A DNA stretch of 62,912 nt, the filler included, from an uncultured Ignavibacteriales bacterium (lineage in GTDB: Bacteria; Zixibacteria; MSB-5A5; GN15; JAAZOE01), in the NCBI GenBank assembly GCA_964611355.1. It is 3 parts of 3 records of this genome, joined end to end, with 100 filler letters (N's around TTAATTAATTAA, not from the genome) between each part and the next. Parts side by side here need not be neighbours in the genome. Positions count along the whole stretch, not along the records: positions 31,000 to 62,912 come from CAZSYD010000027.1; 2 more parts are not named here. The stretch is one strand, 5' to 3'. Position numbers and translations under genes: made by a program. Each line of letters begins with the position of its first letter. Positions within the stretch are counted from its first letter, which is position 1. The notes under the pieces were generated by a model. It worked only from the letters and a program-made list of their open reading frames with translations. It searched no databases and was not told the DNA's origin. Shown piece by piece: positions 31,000 through 40,208 of the stretch.

Positions 31000-31083
31000 A
31001 TTTAATTCAAAATAAGACCAATTCCGTCTTGTATAATTAATAGATACAACTATCCTTTGAAAGAAAAGGACTTGTAATAACTC

Positions 31084-31350
31084 TCAAAGTATGGCCGCGA
31101 TGGCTGCCAGACGGTTTTTGCGGAATAGCTTCATTACTCCATCGACAGGGCACGGGTTGCATCCCAGATCGACATGAGTGGTCATAATAGAATCCAGATT
31201 CTTATCAAACAGAGCCGCCTTTTTTTGTCCAAACTGCTTTGCAGCAAACAAGTTAGCCCCACGCAGAACGTCGCAATCTTCACAAACGGGCATCTTCTGG
31301 ATTTCTGCCAGCATCTCGGCCACCTTTTCGGCCGACGGTTTCCCGGGCAC
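31084..31350 (-). CDS. Small hypothetical protein with CxxC and CxPC motifs (putative metal-binding)
   Basis: GGAGGG SD before GTG 31350; CEDC ... H...GCNPCP. Confidence 0.55.
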   Translation of the reverse strand: MPGKPSAEKVAEMLAEIQKMPVCEDCDVLRGANLFAAKQFGQKKAALFDKNLDSIMTTHVDLGCNPCPVDGVMKLFRKNRLAAIAAIL

Positions 31351-31490
31351 TTTACCCTCCGATTCCCTTCGGATTATTCTGTTATATTTATAGAGAAATT
31401 GAAGCCTATAAGCAAGGGAAAAATGGATGATGCAGCTAAATAATCGATTTTTCTGAAACAAAAAAGCCTATTTACGACTATTGGCTATTA

Positions 31491-32186
31491 TTAATCAATA
31501 AGATCTCCAAGCCGTTGCCAGCGAACCCGTTGGAAAAAATGGACGAGATTATAAGTCACCGAGCGCGGAATCGAGGTCAGATCGGCCAGGGTTATTTCGG
31601 GCGCATTGACATCGGGCGACCACGACCAGTGAATCAAAATCGCCTCGCCCTGAACCAAATCAAGCGATACCGGGCCCCAGAAACGGGAGTCATAGCTGTT
31701 ATCACGATTATCCCCCATGACAAAGATATACCCATCGGGAACCTTGAACTGGGGGAAATTATCGCGCCGTTCGGCGCCGCCCGACCGGGATTGGGGATCG
31801 GTATATTTGCTGAACTCGGGGTCGGGAAACGGCTTCCCATCAACGTACAGAATCTTTCCCATGACCTGGACCACCTGCCCTTCTACGGCCACGCACCGCT
31901 TGATATAGTTGGTGCGCCGATCGACCGGCCACCTGAAAATCACGACGTCGCCCGGTTGTGGTTTTCTTATTGCCGGCAGGCGCCAGCCGAAAAACGGAAT
32001 CTGCGCGCCGTAAAGGAACTTGTTGGCCAGAAGAAAATCGCCGATCAAAAGCGTATCTTCCATTGAAGACGAGGGAATCTTATACGCTTCGACCATAGAG
32101 GTTTTGATGATAAAGGCCAGAATCAGGGCTATTCCCAGCGACTTGGCGTATTCATAAATGCCTGATGACGATTTCCTCTTAGGCAC
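31491..32186 (-). CDS. lepB: Signal peptidase I (paralog 2)
   Basis: IPSSSMEDTL (Ser), YIKRC (Lys) and MGDNRDNSYDSRFWG. Confidence 0.95.
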   Translation of the reverse strand: MPKRKSSSGIYEYAKSLGIALILAFIIKTSMVEAYKIPSSSMEDTLLIGDFLLANKFLYGAQIPFFGWRLPAIRKPQPGDVVIFRWPVDRRTNYIKRCVAVEGQVVQVMGKILYVDGKPFPDPEFSKYTDPQSRSGGAERRDNFPQFKVPDGYIFVMGDNRDNSYDSRFWGPVSLDLVQGEAILIHWSWSPDVNAPEITLADLTSIPRSVTYNLVHFFQRVRWQRLGDLID

Positions 32187-32210
32187 GGTACCTCCAGTTA
32201 CAGCAATTCG

Positions 32211-32239
32211 ATTATGTTATTAGCCCGCTATTTTGTCAA
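32211..32239 (-). promoter_or_regulatory. Internal sigma70-type promoter for the second lepB
   Basis: TTGACA-17 nt-CATAAT, with the -35 overlapping the stop codon of the upstream lepB. Confidence 0.6.
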
Positions 32240-32928
32240 CTCACTTTTCTAAGAAACCTGTCCCATCTTATGCGGCCCGCAAAATGCGTTGCCGTATACC
32301 AGACCGTTTTTGGAATAGTGCCGAGGTCGGCCAGGTCGATTCCGGGAGCGCCCTCATCAGGAGCAATCGACCATTGAATCAGCATGGCTCTACCTTCGAT
32401 CAGATCCAGAGCCACCGGACCCCAGAAACGAGAATCATAGCTGTTATCACGATTATCGCCCATGGCAAAGACCATTCCCGGCGGTACGCGATAAGGCCCG
32501 AAGTTATCGCGGGGAATTTCCCTGCCAGTAAATATTCTGTTGTCTAAATGTTTGCAAAATTCGGGATCCGGAAAAGCAAGGCCGTCAATATAAAGAACTT
32601 TATTCCGAATTTCCACGATCTGGCCTTCGGTGGCAACGCATCTTTTGACATAATCGGTCTTAAGATCGCCGGGGAATTTGAAGGTTATTATATCCCCCTG
32701 CCGCGGCGGACGTATGGCCGGAAAGCGAAATCCCGTGAAAGGAATCTTCGCTCCGTAGATAAACTTATTGGCCACGACAAAATCGCCGACCAGAAGAGTA
32801 CCTTCCATGGACGGCGTCGGAACCAGGTACGCTTCGGCAATCGAAGTCTTTATTACCAGCGCAATCAGTACGGCCAGGAAGAGAGCTTTGAAATAGCCAA
32901 ATGTATCGGATAAAAGCCTTTTTCGCAC
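32236..32928 (-). CDS. lepB: Signal peptidase I (paralog 1)
   Basis: Motifs VPTPSMEGTL, YVKRC and MGDNRDNSYDSRFWG. Confidence 0.95.
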   Translation of the reverse strand: MRKRLLSDTFGYFKALFLAVLIALVIKTSIAEAYLVPTPSMEGTLLVGDFVVANKFIYGAKIPFTGFRFPAIRPPRQGDIITFKFPGDLKTDYVKRCVATEGQIVEIRNKVLYIDGLAFPDPEFCKHLDNRIFTGREIPRDNFGPYRVPPGMVFAMGDNRDNSYDSRFWGPVALDLIEGRAMLIQWSIAPDEGAPGIDLADLGTIPKTVWYTATHFAGRIRWDRFLRKVS

Positions 32929-32952
32929 AAAGTCTCCAACGCAAATAATAAT

Positions 32953-34014
32953 TTACCCTGATATAAAACGAACAATATCGTTGTAGGTTACAAAAACAAT
33001 CAGAAGCAGAAGGAATACCAGTCCGACTTGCTGGGCAATCATCCGCTGGTTGACGGTCAGCGGCGAACCTTTGATTTTTTCGACCAGCAGGAAAACCAGA
33101 TGGCCGCCGTCCAGCATCGGAATCGGCAGGATATTTAATATGGCCAAATTCACCGATAGAAAAGACATGAAAAACAGAAGCGCCGAAAAACCAAGCTGCG
33201 CGGTCTGGCCGGCCATTTTGGCAATAAAGACCGGCCCGCCGATCATTTTAACCGAAACCTTGAGCGATACCAGATCCCAGATAAACCTGACGATTTTATC
33301 GACGAAATCAATTACGACTACAAAACTTTTATAGGCCGCGCCAAAAAATCCCAGACTATGATACTCTACGCGCCAGCCGACGCCGATTCTCCCCTGATAG
33401 ATTTTTTCGCCCTGTTCATTATAAGCCTCTTCGGCCATAGTGGTAACGGTGGCCGACATTTCCCGGCCCTCGCGTTCCCAGACGATTGTGATCGGTTTTT
33501 CGACTTCTTTTGAAATCAAGACCGCCATCTCGGAAAAACCGGCCACGGGAGTACCGTTGATCGATTTGACAATATCGTCTGTCATAAGCCCGGCCTGATC
33601 GGCGGGATTGCCTTCGACCACCATCCCGATAACGGCGTGATCGGGATCGGTGACCGCCTCTCCCTGAAACAGGAACAAACCCCATAAGATCAGCCAGGCG
33701 ACCAGGAAATTGGTAAACGGCCCGGCGATAATAACCGCCGCACGGGTGGCAATCGACTTGGACATATATTCATACGGCGCGCCTGTCGCTTCCTCGTCGG
33801 GATTTTCACCGGCCATCTTAACGAAACCGCCCAATGGAATAGCGCCGATACTGTACTGCGTTTCGCCGAATTTTCTCGAAAATATTGAAGGAGGAAATCC
33901 CAGCGAGAACTTGTCAACCCGGATTCCGGCCTTCTTGGCCAGGAGGAAATGCCCCAGTTCGTGAACAAAGATCAAAACGCCGAGGACAAATATGGTTGAC
34001 AAAGCAGTAATCAT
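32953..34014 (-). CDS. rseP: RIP metalloprotease RseP
   Basis: HELGH, PLGGFVKM, a PDZ domain and NILPIPMLDGGH; follows dxr. Confidence 0.95.
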   Translation of the reverse strand: MITALSTIFVLGVLIFVHELGHFLLAKKAGIRVDKFSLGFPPSIFSRKFGETQYSIGAIPLGGFVKMAGENPDEEATGAPYEYMSKSIATRAAVIIAGPFTNFLVAWLILWGLFLFQGEAVTDPDHAVIGMVVEGNPADQAGLMTDDIVKSINGTPVAGFSEMAVLISKEVEKPITIVWEREGREMSATVTTMAEEAYNEQGEKIYQGRIGVGWRVEYHSLGFFGAAYKSFVVVIDFVDKIVRFIWDLVSLKVSVKMIGGPVFIAKMAGQTAQLGFSALLFFMSFLSVNLAILNILPIPMLDGGHLVFLLVEKIKGSPLTVNQRMIAQQVGLVFLLLLIVFVTYNDIVRFISG

Positions 34015-35174
34015 GTCAGTTTCCCAATCAACTCAGCGGCCAGGCGCCTGGTTTGCCGGTCACAATCAAGAATGTCGTCAAGAGTCGGGTTCATGTTTAC
34101 GTTATGTTTAGCTAAAATCCTTTCAACAAGTTCCGTAATCGCGGTAAAACGAATCCGACCGGAAATAAAACCTTCCACTGCCACCTCGTTGGCGGCATTC
34201 AGCGCCGTCGGCGCGGTGCCTCCCGTTTCTGCCGCCTGCCGGGCCAGCCGCAGGGCCGGGAATTTCTCTTCGTCCGGTTCAAAGAAACTCAATTGCGCCG
34301 TCTGAGTCAAATCTATCCGACCTTTATCCGACGGCAGACGATCCGGCCAGAACAAGGCATAAGCAATCGGCAGTTTCATATCGGGATATGAGAGTTGAGC
34401 TATAATCGAACTGTCAACAAACTCGACCATGGAATGAACAATCGACTGGGGATGAATAACCGTCTTTATCCGGTCAGGCGAAATCGAAAAAAGCCAGATC
34501 GCTTCGATCAACTCCAGTCCCTTGTTCATCATAGTGGCCGAATCAATGGTAATCTTTCTCCCCATTTTCCAGGTCGGATGCGCCAGCGCCTCTTCGACGG
34601 TTATATCCTTGAAGGTTTCCTTGTTCCTGTCCCGGAACGGCCCGCCCGAAGCTGTCAGCCATATGCGGCGCACCTCGCCGGTTTTACCGGCATTCAGGCA
34701 CTGCCAGATAGCCGAATGTTCCGAGTCCACCGGCAGAATTTTTGCGCCTGACTTTTTCACTTCGGCTTCAAACAGCGGCCCGCCAATCACCATTGATTCC
34801 TTGTTGGCCAGAGCCAGCGGCTTGCCGGCTTTGACTGTTTCCAGCGAAGCCGGAAGTCCGGCTGCGCCAACCAGCGCATTGAGGACAATATCGTTCTCCG
34901 GAAGCGCCGCCAGTTTTTTCAAACCTTCCTGCCCGTAGTCGATTTCGAACCCGGGTGAAGGAAATATCTCTTTTATCGCCGCCGCCTCTTTTTCGGAATA
35001 GACGGCAACATGACGGGGATGAAAACGCTTTATATGATCGGCAAGGAGTTTTATATTTCGTCCCCCCGCCAGCGCCACGATTTCAAAGCAGCCCGGGTGG
35101 GAAACAATTACTTCCAGAGTCGAGCGGCCTATGGAACCGGTCGAGCCGAGTATGGTGATCTTCTTCACAACCAT
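34011..35174 (-). CDS. dxr: 1-deoxy-D-xylulose-5-phosphate reductoisomerase
   Basis: Motifs LGSTGSIG, LANKES, PVDSEHSA, HPTWKMG and NKGLELIEA. Confidence 0.98.
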   Translation of the reverse strand: MVVKKITILGSTGSIGRSTLEVIVSHPGCFEIVALAGGRNIKLLADHIKRFHPRHVAVYSEKEAAAIKEIFPSPGFEIDYGQEGLKKLAALPENDIVLNALVGAAGLPASLETVKAGKPLALANKESMVIGGPLFEAEVKKSGAKILPVDSEHSAIWQCLNAGKTGEVRRIWLTASGGPFRDRNKETFKDITVEEALAHPTWKMGRKITIDSATMMNKGLELIEAIWLFSISPDRIKTVIHPQSIVHSMVEFVDSSIIAQLSYPDMKLPIAYALFWPDRLPSDKGRIDLTQTAQLSFFEPDEEKFPALRLARQAAETGGTAPTALNAANEVAVEGFISGRIRFTAITELVERILAKHNVNMNPTLDDILDCDRQTRRLAAELIGKLT

Positions 35175-35245
35175 TTATACAACGTTAATTTCAGTCGATC
35201 GTTTCATATATGGTTTAACCTAAGACAACTCCATTCAATATAAAA

Positions 35246-35274
35246 AATCGCCCCGATTGAAGACCGGGGCGATT
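35246..35274 (-). terminator. Intrinsic terminator after the cyclophilin gene
   Basis: AATCGCCCCG-9 nt-CGGGGCGATT with a T run on the minus strand. Confidence 0.7.
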
Positions 35275-35288
35275 AAAAATATTTTTAG

Positions 35289-35897
35289 TTATTGCCCGGC
35301 CTTTGTAGTCGAATCGGACTCAACAGGGGGCGGCTGTTTGCCTTCTTCCCAGAGCCGGATCATATGCACCGGCTTAACCGGTTTATCGCTTTTGTCGGTT
35401 TCAACGCCGCCGATCTTGTTGACCACGTCCATCCCTTCGACCGTCTGGCCGAATATGGTGTATTGGCCGTCAAGGTTAGGAAGCTGGCCCAGGCAGATAT
35501 AAAACTGGCACGAGGCCGAATTAGGATCCGGTCCGCGGGCCATCGCCAGCGTGCCGGGCATATGTTTGAGAGTTGAGAATTCGGCCGGAATTACATAACC
35601 GGCGTCGCCGGTGCCGTCCCCCTTGGGATCGCCGGCCTGAATGACAAAACCTTTAATAACCCGGTGGAAGATCAGGCCATTATAAAAGCCTTTATTGGTC
35701 AGTTCGAGGAAATTATTGGCATGGTTGGGAGCGACATCGGGAAAAAGCTCGAGGACAATTTTGCCCATGTCGGTTTCCATAATCACTCGCGGTCTTTCGG
35801 GTTCAGCCATTTTGGCCTCTTCTTTCTTCTCAGTCTCCTCTTTGGAACAGCCGGCCACCAGAAAAACGGCGACAAGAAAAACTATGAATTTTTTCAT
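35289..35897 (-). CDS. Cyclophilin-type peptidyl-prolyl isomerase, lipoprotein
   Basis: Lipobox LVAGC; motifs FHRVIKGFVIQAGDP, GTLAMAR and LDGQYTIFG. Confidence 0.93.
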   Translation of the reverse strand: MKKFIVFLVAVFLVAGCSKEETEKKEEAKMAEPERPRVIMETDMGKIVLELFPDVAPNHANNFLELTNKGFYNGLIFHRVIKGFVIQAGDPKGDGTGDAGYVIPAEFSTLKHMPGTLAMARGPDPNSASCQFYICLGQLPNLDGQYTIFGQTVEGMDVVNKIGGVETDKSDKPVKPVHMIRLWEEGKQPPPVESDSTTKAGQ

Positions 35898-36022
35898 CGG
35901 TTTCCCTTTCGGTTAAGCGGGAGAAAAGAGCTTCCTTTCGCTTTTCTTCAATTTACCGCAAATATAGACGGTTAAAGTATTGTTTGTCAAATAAATAAGT
36001 AACACGAAAAACCGGATTTTGA

Positions 36023-36886
36023 TCACGGTATATTAAGTATCATTGCCGTTGGGCTGGATGTTCCCCAATAATTGGAAGCGTCAACCGAATCGAGTGTCAT
36101 AATGCCGTTGACCGGGACGGTCAGCATGGTATGCTCCCCATCTTTGAGATACCCGTCAGATAGACTATATATGATGACATGAAAATCGTCGGCAACAGTG
36201 TTGTACATAATATCCATCCCGGAAGAACCTTCGCCCAGAACGGGAGCACCCGCAAAATCGTCGCGGTTGAAGACAAGGAGGATGGCGCCCAGTCTGGTAC
36301 TCGCCTTGTAGGTAACCGTCAGAATATTGCCTGAGGTTGCGGAATACAGGATTACATGATCCGGCATCGAGTCGATCAGGATATCGCCGAAGCATTCGAA
36401 ATTGCCGGCTTCCATCAGGCAGCCGTAGATTTGGGAATCAACAAACTGACCGGAGTCATCCCATTGATCCCATATGACCGCATACTGCCCCGCCTGCTGG
36501 TTTTCGTTGACCAGTTCTCTGATAACCGCTTCGGTGGAATCGATTATATACAAGTGTACATCGGAGGCGACCGGCAAGTCGTAGTCAATTCTGACCGGGC
36601 CTTTGGACGGATTGATATAGGCCGGATAAAGAGCATAACTGTCTGGCAATACGTCCAATGGCCTTGAAAAGGCCAAAGCCCCCTTTCCCGAGGAATAACA
36701 CCAGTCGGTCGAATCGCCGCCGAGGACCTCGCCCTCGTCATTGGTCAGAGTAATCCCTTTGAATCGTTGCGCCGTATTTCCAATATTACCGCCGTCATCA
36801 TCGGGGCCGGTACTGTCGTCACCGCACTGAGTCAAAATCAGGCTTATTGTAAGAAATGAAACAAGCAGCAAAGTCTTCTTAATCAT
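36023..36886 (-). CDS. Lipoprotein with a FlgD Ig-like domain and a C-terminal cohesin-like beta-sandwich
   Basis: Lipobox-like ILTQC; FlgD-like YINPS...IRELVNENQQAGQYAVIWD; C-terminal pattern VIIYS...GEHTMLTVP...DASNYWG. Confidence 0.65.
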   Translation of the reverse strand: MIKKTLLLVSFLTISLILTQCGDDSTGPDDDGGNIGNTAQRFKGITLTNDEGEVLGGDSTDWCYSSGKGALAFSRPLDVLPDSYALYPAYINPSKGPVRIDYDLPVASDVHLYIIDSTEAVIRELVNENQQAGQYAVIWDQWDDSGQFVDSQIYGCLMEAGNFECFGDILIDSMPDHVILYSATSGNILTVTYKASTRLGAILLVFNRDDFAGAPVLGEGSSGMDIMYNTVADDFHVIIYSLSDGYLKDGEHTMLTVPVNGIMTLDSVDASNYWGTSSPTAMILNIP

Positions 36887-37117
36887 GCTTTCCTCCGCCA
36901 AGATGAATACACCGAAAAGGACGGGCAGCCTTGTCGGTAATCGCCGGCCGATATCGCAGGTTTTTTGTCAGCAGTATCTATGTACGATATTATAATAACA
37001 TCTATCCCTTTATGTTTCAAGATTATTTTTTGAGAAACCGTTATTATTGATTACTACCTGAAAAGAAGTTATATTCAATCTTGACATGCGATTACGCACC
37101 CAAAAAAGGCTAATGCC

Positions 37118-38155
37118 ATGAATCGTACGGAAAAAACCATCAGTCTGTTGATTATACCTATGGCATTAGTATTACTTTTTAGCCCGTCAGGAATGCTGTC
37201 TGCCGACGACAAACCTGAAGCCGAAAAGGAAGAAATCATGGCGCAGGCTGAAGAGGCAAAAACAAGCGACGCGAAAGAGCTGTTAAACCAAGCGGACGAG
37301 GTTTTCAGGAAAAAGCAATACGCCGAATCGCGCAAGATTTATCAGCAGGCGCTTGAAGTAGCTAAAACCGCCGGTAACAATTCGGATATGACCGAAGCGA
37401 TGGCGATGATCGCCCGCACCTGCCTGATTGGAGATGACAAAAAGTCAGGGTATCACTGGCTGAATTCTGCGGAAAAGCTGGCTCTCCCCCGGGAACCGCT
37501 GGGCTGGTCGCGCGTTCAATCGGTCAGGGGGCGCTTTCTCTGGCAGGAAGACAGACTGATAGAGGCCACCAAATTATTTAAAGACCTGTACCAATACTGC
37601 TCCGACCGCAAACTTTATGAACGGGCAATCGACGCCGCTCATATGGTAGCCATCACGGCCGACCACGAAGAACAGATTACATGGGGTAAAAAGGGAATCA
37701 GGGAAGCCGAGGCCGGCAGCATAACCGGCTGGCTGGGGCCGCTCTGGAATAACCTCGGTGTGACCTATGAAGATATGGAACAATACGACAGTTCACTGGC
37801 GGCTTATAAGAAAGCGCGTGGATACCATTACCGGCACGGTACCGAAAGCAATAAAATGATTGCCGACTGGGCCGTGGGTCACGCTTATTTAAATCTCAAA
37901 GATTACGATGAAGCCGAAAAATGGCTTGAACCTCTCGTTGAATGGTGTGAAAAGCTTGAGGATAATGAATTTTTGGGATTAACCTGCCGCGATCTGGGCG
38001 AAATCAATCTGGCGGGAGAGCAATATCAAAGCGCCCTCGATTATTTTATCAGGGCCGAAAAGCTGCTCAAGGAAGTCGGTATGCCTGACTGGAATGCGGA
38101 AGGTTATGATAAACTCCTGAATCAAATAAAAGAATTACGTAAGAAGGTTGAGTAA
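37118..38155 (+). CDS. Secreted TPR-repeat protein
   Basis: Signal peptide and repeated helical TPR motifs (e.g. WNNLGVTYEDMEQYDSSLAAYKKA). Confidence 0.8.
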   Translation: MNRTEKTISLLIIPMALVLLFSPSGMLSADDKPEAEKEEIMAQAEEAKTSDAKELLNQADEVFRKKQYAESRKIYQQALEVAKTAGNNSDMTEAMAMIARTCLIGDDKKSGYHWLNSAEKLALPREPLGWSRVQSVRGRFLWQEDRLIEATKLFKDLYQYCSDRKLYERAIDAAHMVAITADHEEQITWGKKGIREAEAGSITGWLGPLWNNLGVTYEDMEQYDSSLAAYKKARGYHYRHGTESNKMIADWAVGHAYLNLKDYDEAEKWLEPLVEWCEKLEDNEFLGLTCRDLGEINLAGEQYQSALDYFIRAEKLLKEVGMPDWNAEGYDKLLNQIKELRKKVE

Positions 38156-38205
38156 TTGTCTCTTTCGAGTCCGGTTTCCGGTAACTATTTAACTTCGGCG
38201 CGGCC

Positions 38206-39105
38206 GTGATAGAATTTCCCCTAAGCGGTGTTGAAACCTACTGGTGGCTGCCGCTGGTAGTGGCTTTTTCGATTTCATGCGTCACCTCCACGGCCGGTTT
38301 GTCGGGAGCCTTTCTACTTTTGCCGTTTCAGGTCAGCGTGCTGGGTTTTGCCAGCCCGGCCGTTACCCCTACCAATCTCCTGTTTAGCGTTATCGCCGCT
38401 CCCAGCGGCGTGTATCGCTTCTGTTGCGAAAAGCGGATGGTCTGGCCGCTGGTATGGACAATTGCCCTGGGCTCGCTTCCCGGCCTGCTTCTGGGTATCT
38501 TTATCCGGGTCAGGTATTTGCCCGATCCCCGGGCATTTAAGCTATTCGTAGGATTGGTCCTAATCTATATCGCCGCCCGACTGCTGCCTGATGCTATCCG
38601 CTCGGCAGACAAGCCAAAAATGAAAAACACAAACAGTAAACTTTTTGAGGTGGCGCCACTGGCCTTCAATCTTCGCCATATCATATACAGGTTCGAAAAC
38701 AGGGAATACCAGGCGTCAACGCCGGCGATTTTTGTCCTTTCTGTCGTGGTCGGGATAATCTGCGGAATCTACGGGATCGGGGGCGCCGCCATCCTGGCCC
38801 CCGTGCTGGTGACGATCTTCAGATTGCCGGTTCACGCGGTCGCCGGAGCGGCCCTGTGCGGAACCTTTTTGAATTCCACCGTCGGAGTCTTATTCTATAT
38901 CCTTATTGCACCGGTTTTTGCCGGAGGTGAAATCGCCGTACAACCTGACTGGCATCTGGGTCTTATGTTTGGGATCGGCGGCTCCGCGGGCATATATCTT
39001 GGAGCGCGTATTCAAAGATTTCTCCCCGCCCGTTTAATAAAATTGATCCTGGGACTTATCATGCTGTTTATATCCGGAAGGTATATTATCGAGTTTTTTG
39101 TGTGA
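38206..39105 (+). CDS. Sulfite exporter TauE/SafE family membrane protein
   Basis: Duplicated GLSGAFLLLP / GIGGAAILAP motifs and about 8 TM helices. Confidence 0.88.
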   Translation: MIEFPLSGVETYWWLPLVVAFSISCVTSTAGLSGAFLLLPFQVSVLGFASPAVTPTNLLFSVIAAPSGVYRFCCEKRMVWPLVWTIALGSLPGLLLGIFIRVRYLPDPRAFKLFVGLVLIYIAARLLPDAIRSADKPKMKNTNSKLFEVAPLAFNLRHIIYRFENREYQASTPAIFVLSVVVGIICGIYGIGGAAILAPVLVTIFRLPVHAVAGAALCGTFLNSTVGVLFYILIAPVFAGGEIAVQPDWHLGLMFGIGGSAGIYLGARIQRFLPARLIKLILGLIMLFISGRYIIEFFV

Positions 39106-39269
39106 TTTCAGGAAAATAAGGCTCAGGGGTTGTAAGAAAAACCCTGCCGGTATTGAAACCTTCGGGCCAGTTGAAGGAAAGGCCGGTATTTATCCATTAA
39201 TAGATATATCCAAAAACAACTTGCCTCGCAGCTACAAATCGATATATTTGTGAAGTTATGAGGAAAAGA

Positions 39270-39287
39270 TTGTTAAAAATTTCACAT
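39270..39287 (+). promoter_or_regulatory. Rex-like operator upstream of hbd-ackA-nfnAB
   Basis: TTGTTAA-AAAT-TTCACAT versus consensus TTGTGAA-N4-TTCACAA, with an extra TTGTGAA half-site at 39248. It lies just downstream of a putative promoter TTGCCT(39221)...TATATT(39243). Confidence 0.6.
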
Positions 39288-39312
39288 AATCTGATGACTT
39301 TGGGGTTTAAAA

Positions 39313-40206
39313 TTGGCAATACATAGTATCTATATGGTCGGCGCCGGGGTTATGGGAACCGGCATCGCTGAAACGGTAGCCTCGACCGGAACCGATGTAT
39401 ATCTTATCGACAAGACCACCGAACTGGCACAGAAAGGAATCAAGCGGATTTCCGAGAATATAGACCACGAGATTGAACGCTGGGGTATGACAAAGTCGGA
39501 TAAAAAAGCAATCCTTTCCCGCATTCACCCCAGCGGCAATTTGTCTATTATTGGCGATGCCGAAATGGTAATTGAAGCGATTCCGGATCACCTTGATATC
39601 AAGCTGGAGCTATTCGCCCAACTCAATGGTCTTTGCCCTCCTGAAACGATTCTGGTGACAAACACATCAACGCTGTCAATATCGGAAATCGCTTCAGTGA
39701 CCAACCGGCCGGAAAAGGTTATCGGGATGCATTTCCTTAATCCGGTGCCAAAAATTCAGATAGTCGAAGTAGTGCGCGGACTTAAAACATCCGATGCTAC
39801 ATATAACACTATTCGTGAATTTGCGGCTTCGATGAATAAAACGCCGATTCAGGTTTATGAATACCCCGGTTATGTAACCACGCGAATTAGCGTCCCGCTT
39901 TTGAATGAAGCGATGCACGTATTAATGGAAGGTAATGCCTCGGCCGACGATATCGACACCGCCATGAAGCTCGGGTTTGGTTTCAATGTCGGGCCGCTGG
40001 CTCTGGCCGACATGATGGGTCTCGACGAGGTCATGGCCTGGATGGAAAATCTGCTGGCGGAGTTATCCGAACACAAATATAATCCCTGTCCTCTGTTGCG
40101 GAAGATGGTTCGCGCCGGGCACCTCGGCGTCAAAACCGGCGAAGGGTTTTTCAAGTACGACGCCGAGGGAAATCGCATTAAAGAAGATACCGGCGACGAG
40201 AAATAG
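39313..40206 (+). CDS. hbd: 3-hydroxybutyryl-CoA dehydrogenase
   Basis: Motifs GAGVMGTGIA, TNTSTLSI, GMHFLNP, GPLALAD and HLGVKTGEGF. Confidence 0.9.
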   Translation: MAIHSIYMVGAGVMGTGIAETVASTGTDVYLIDKTTELAQKGIKRISENIDHEIERWGMTKSDKKAILSRIHPSGNLSIIGDAEMVIEAIPDHLDIKLELFAQLNGLCPPETILVTNTSTLSISEIASVTNRPEKVIGMHFLNPVPKIQIVEVVRGLKTSDATYNTIREFAASMNKTPIQVYEYPGYVTTRISVPLLNEAMHVLMEGNASADDIDTAMKLGFGFNVGPLALADMMGLDEVMAWMENLLAELSEHKYNPCPLLRKMVRAGHLGVKTGEGFFKYDAEGNRIKEDTGDEK

Positions 40207-40208
40207 TC

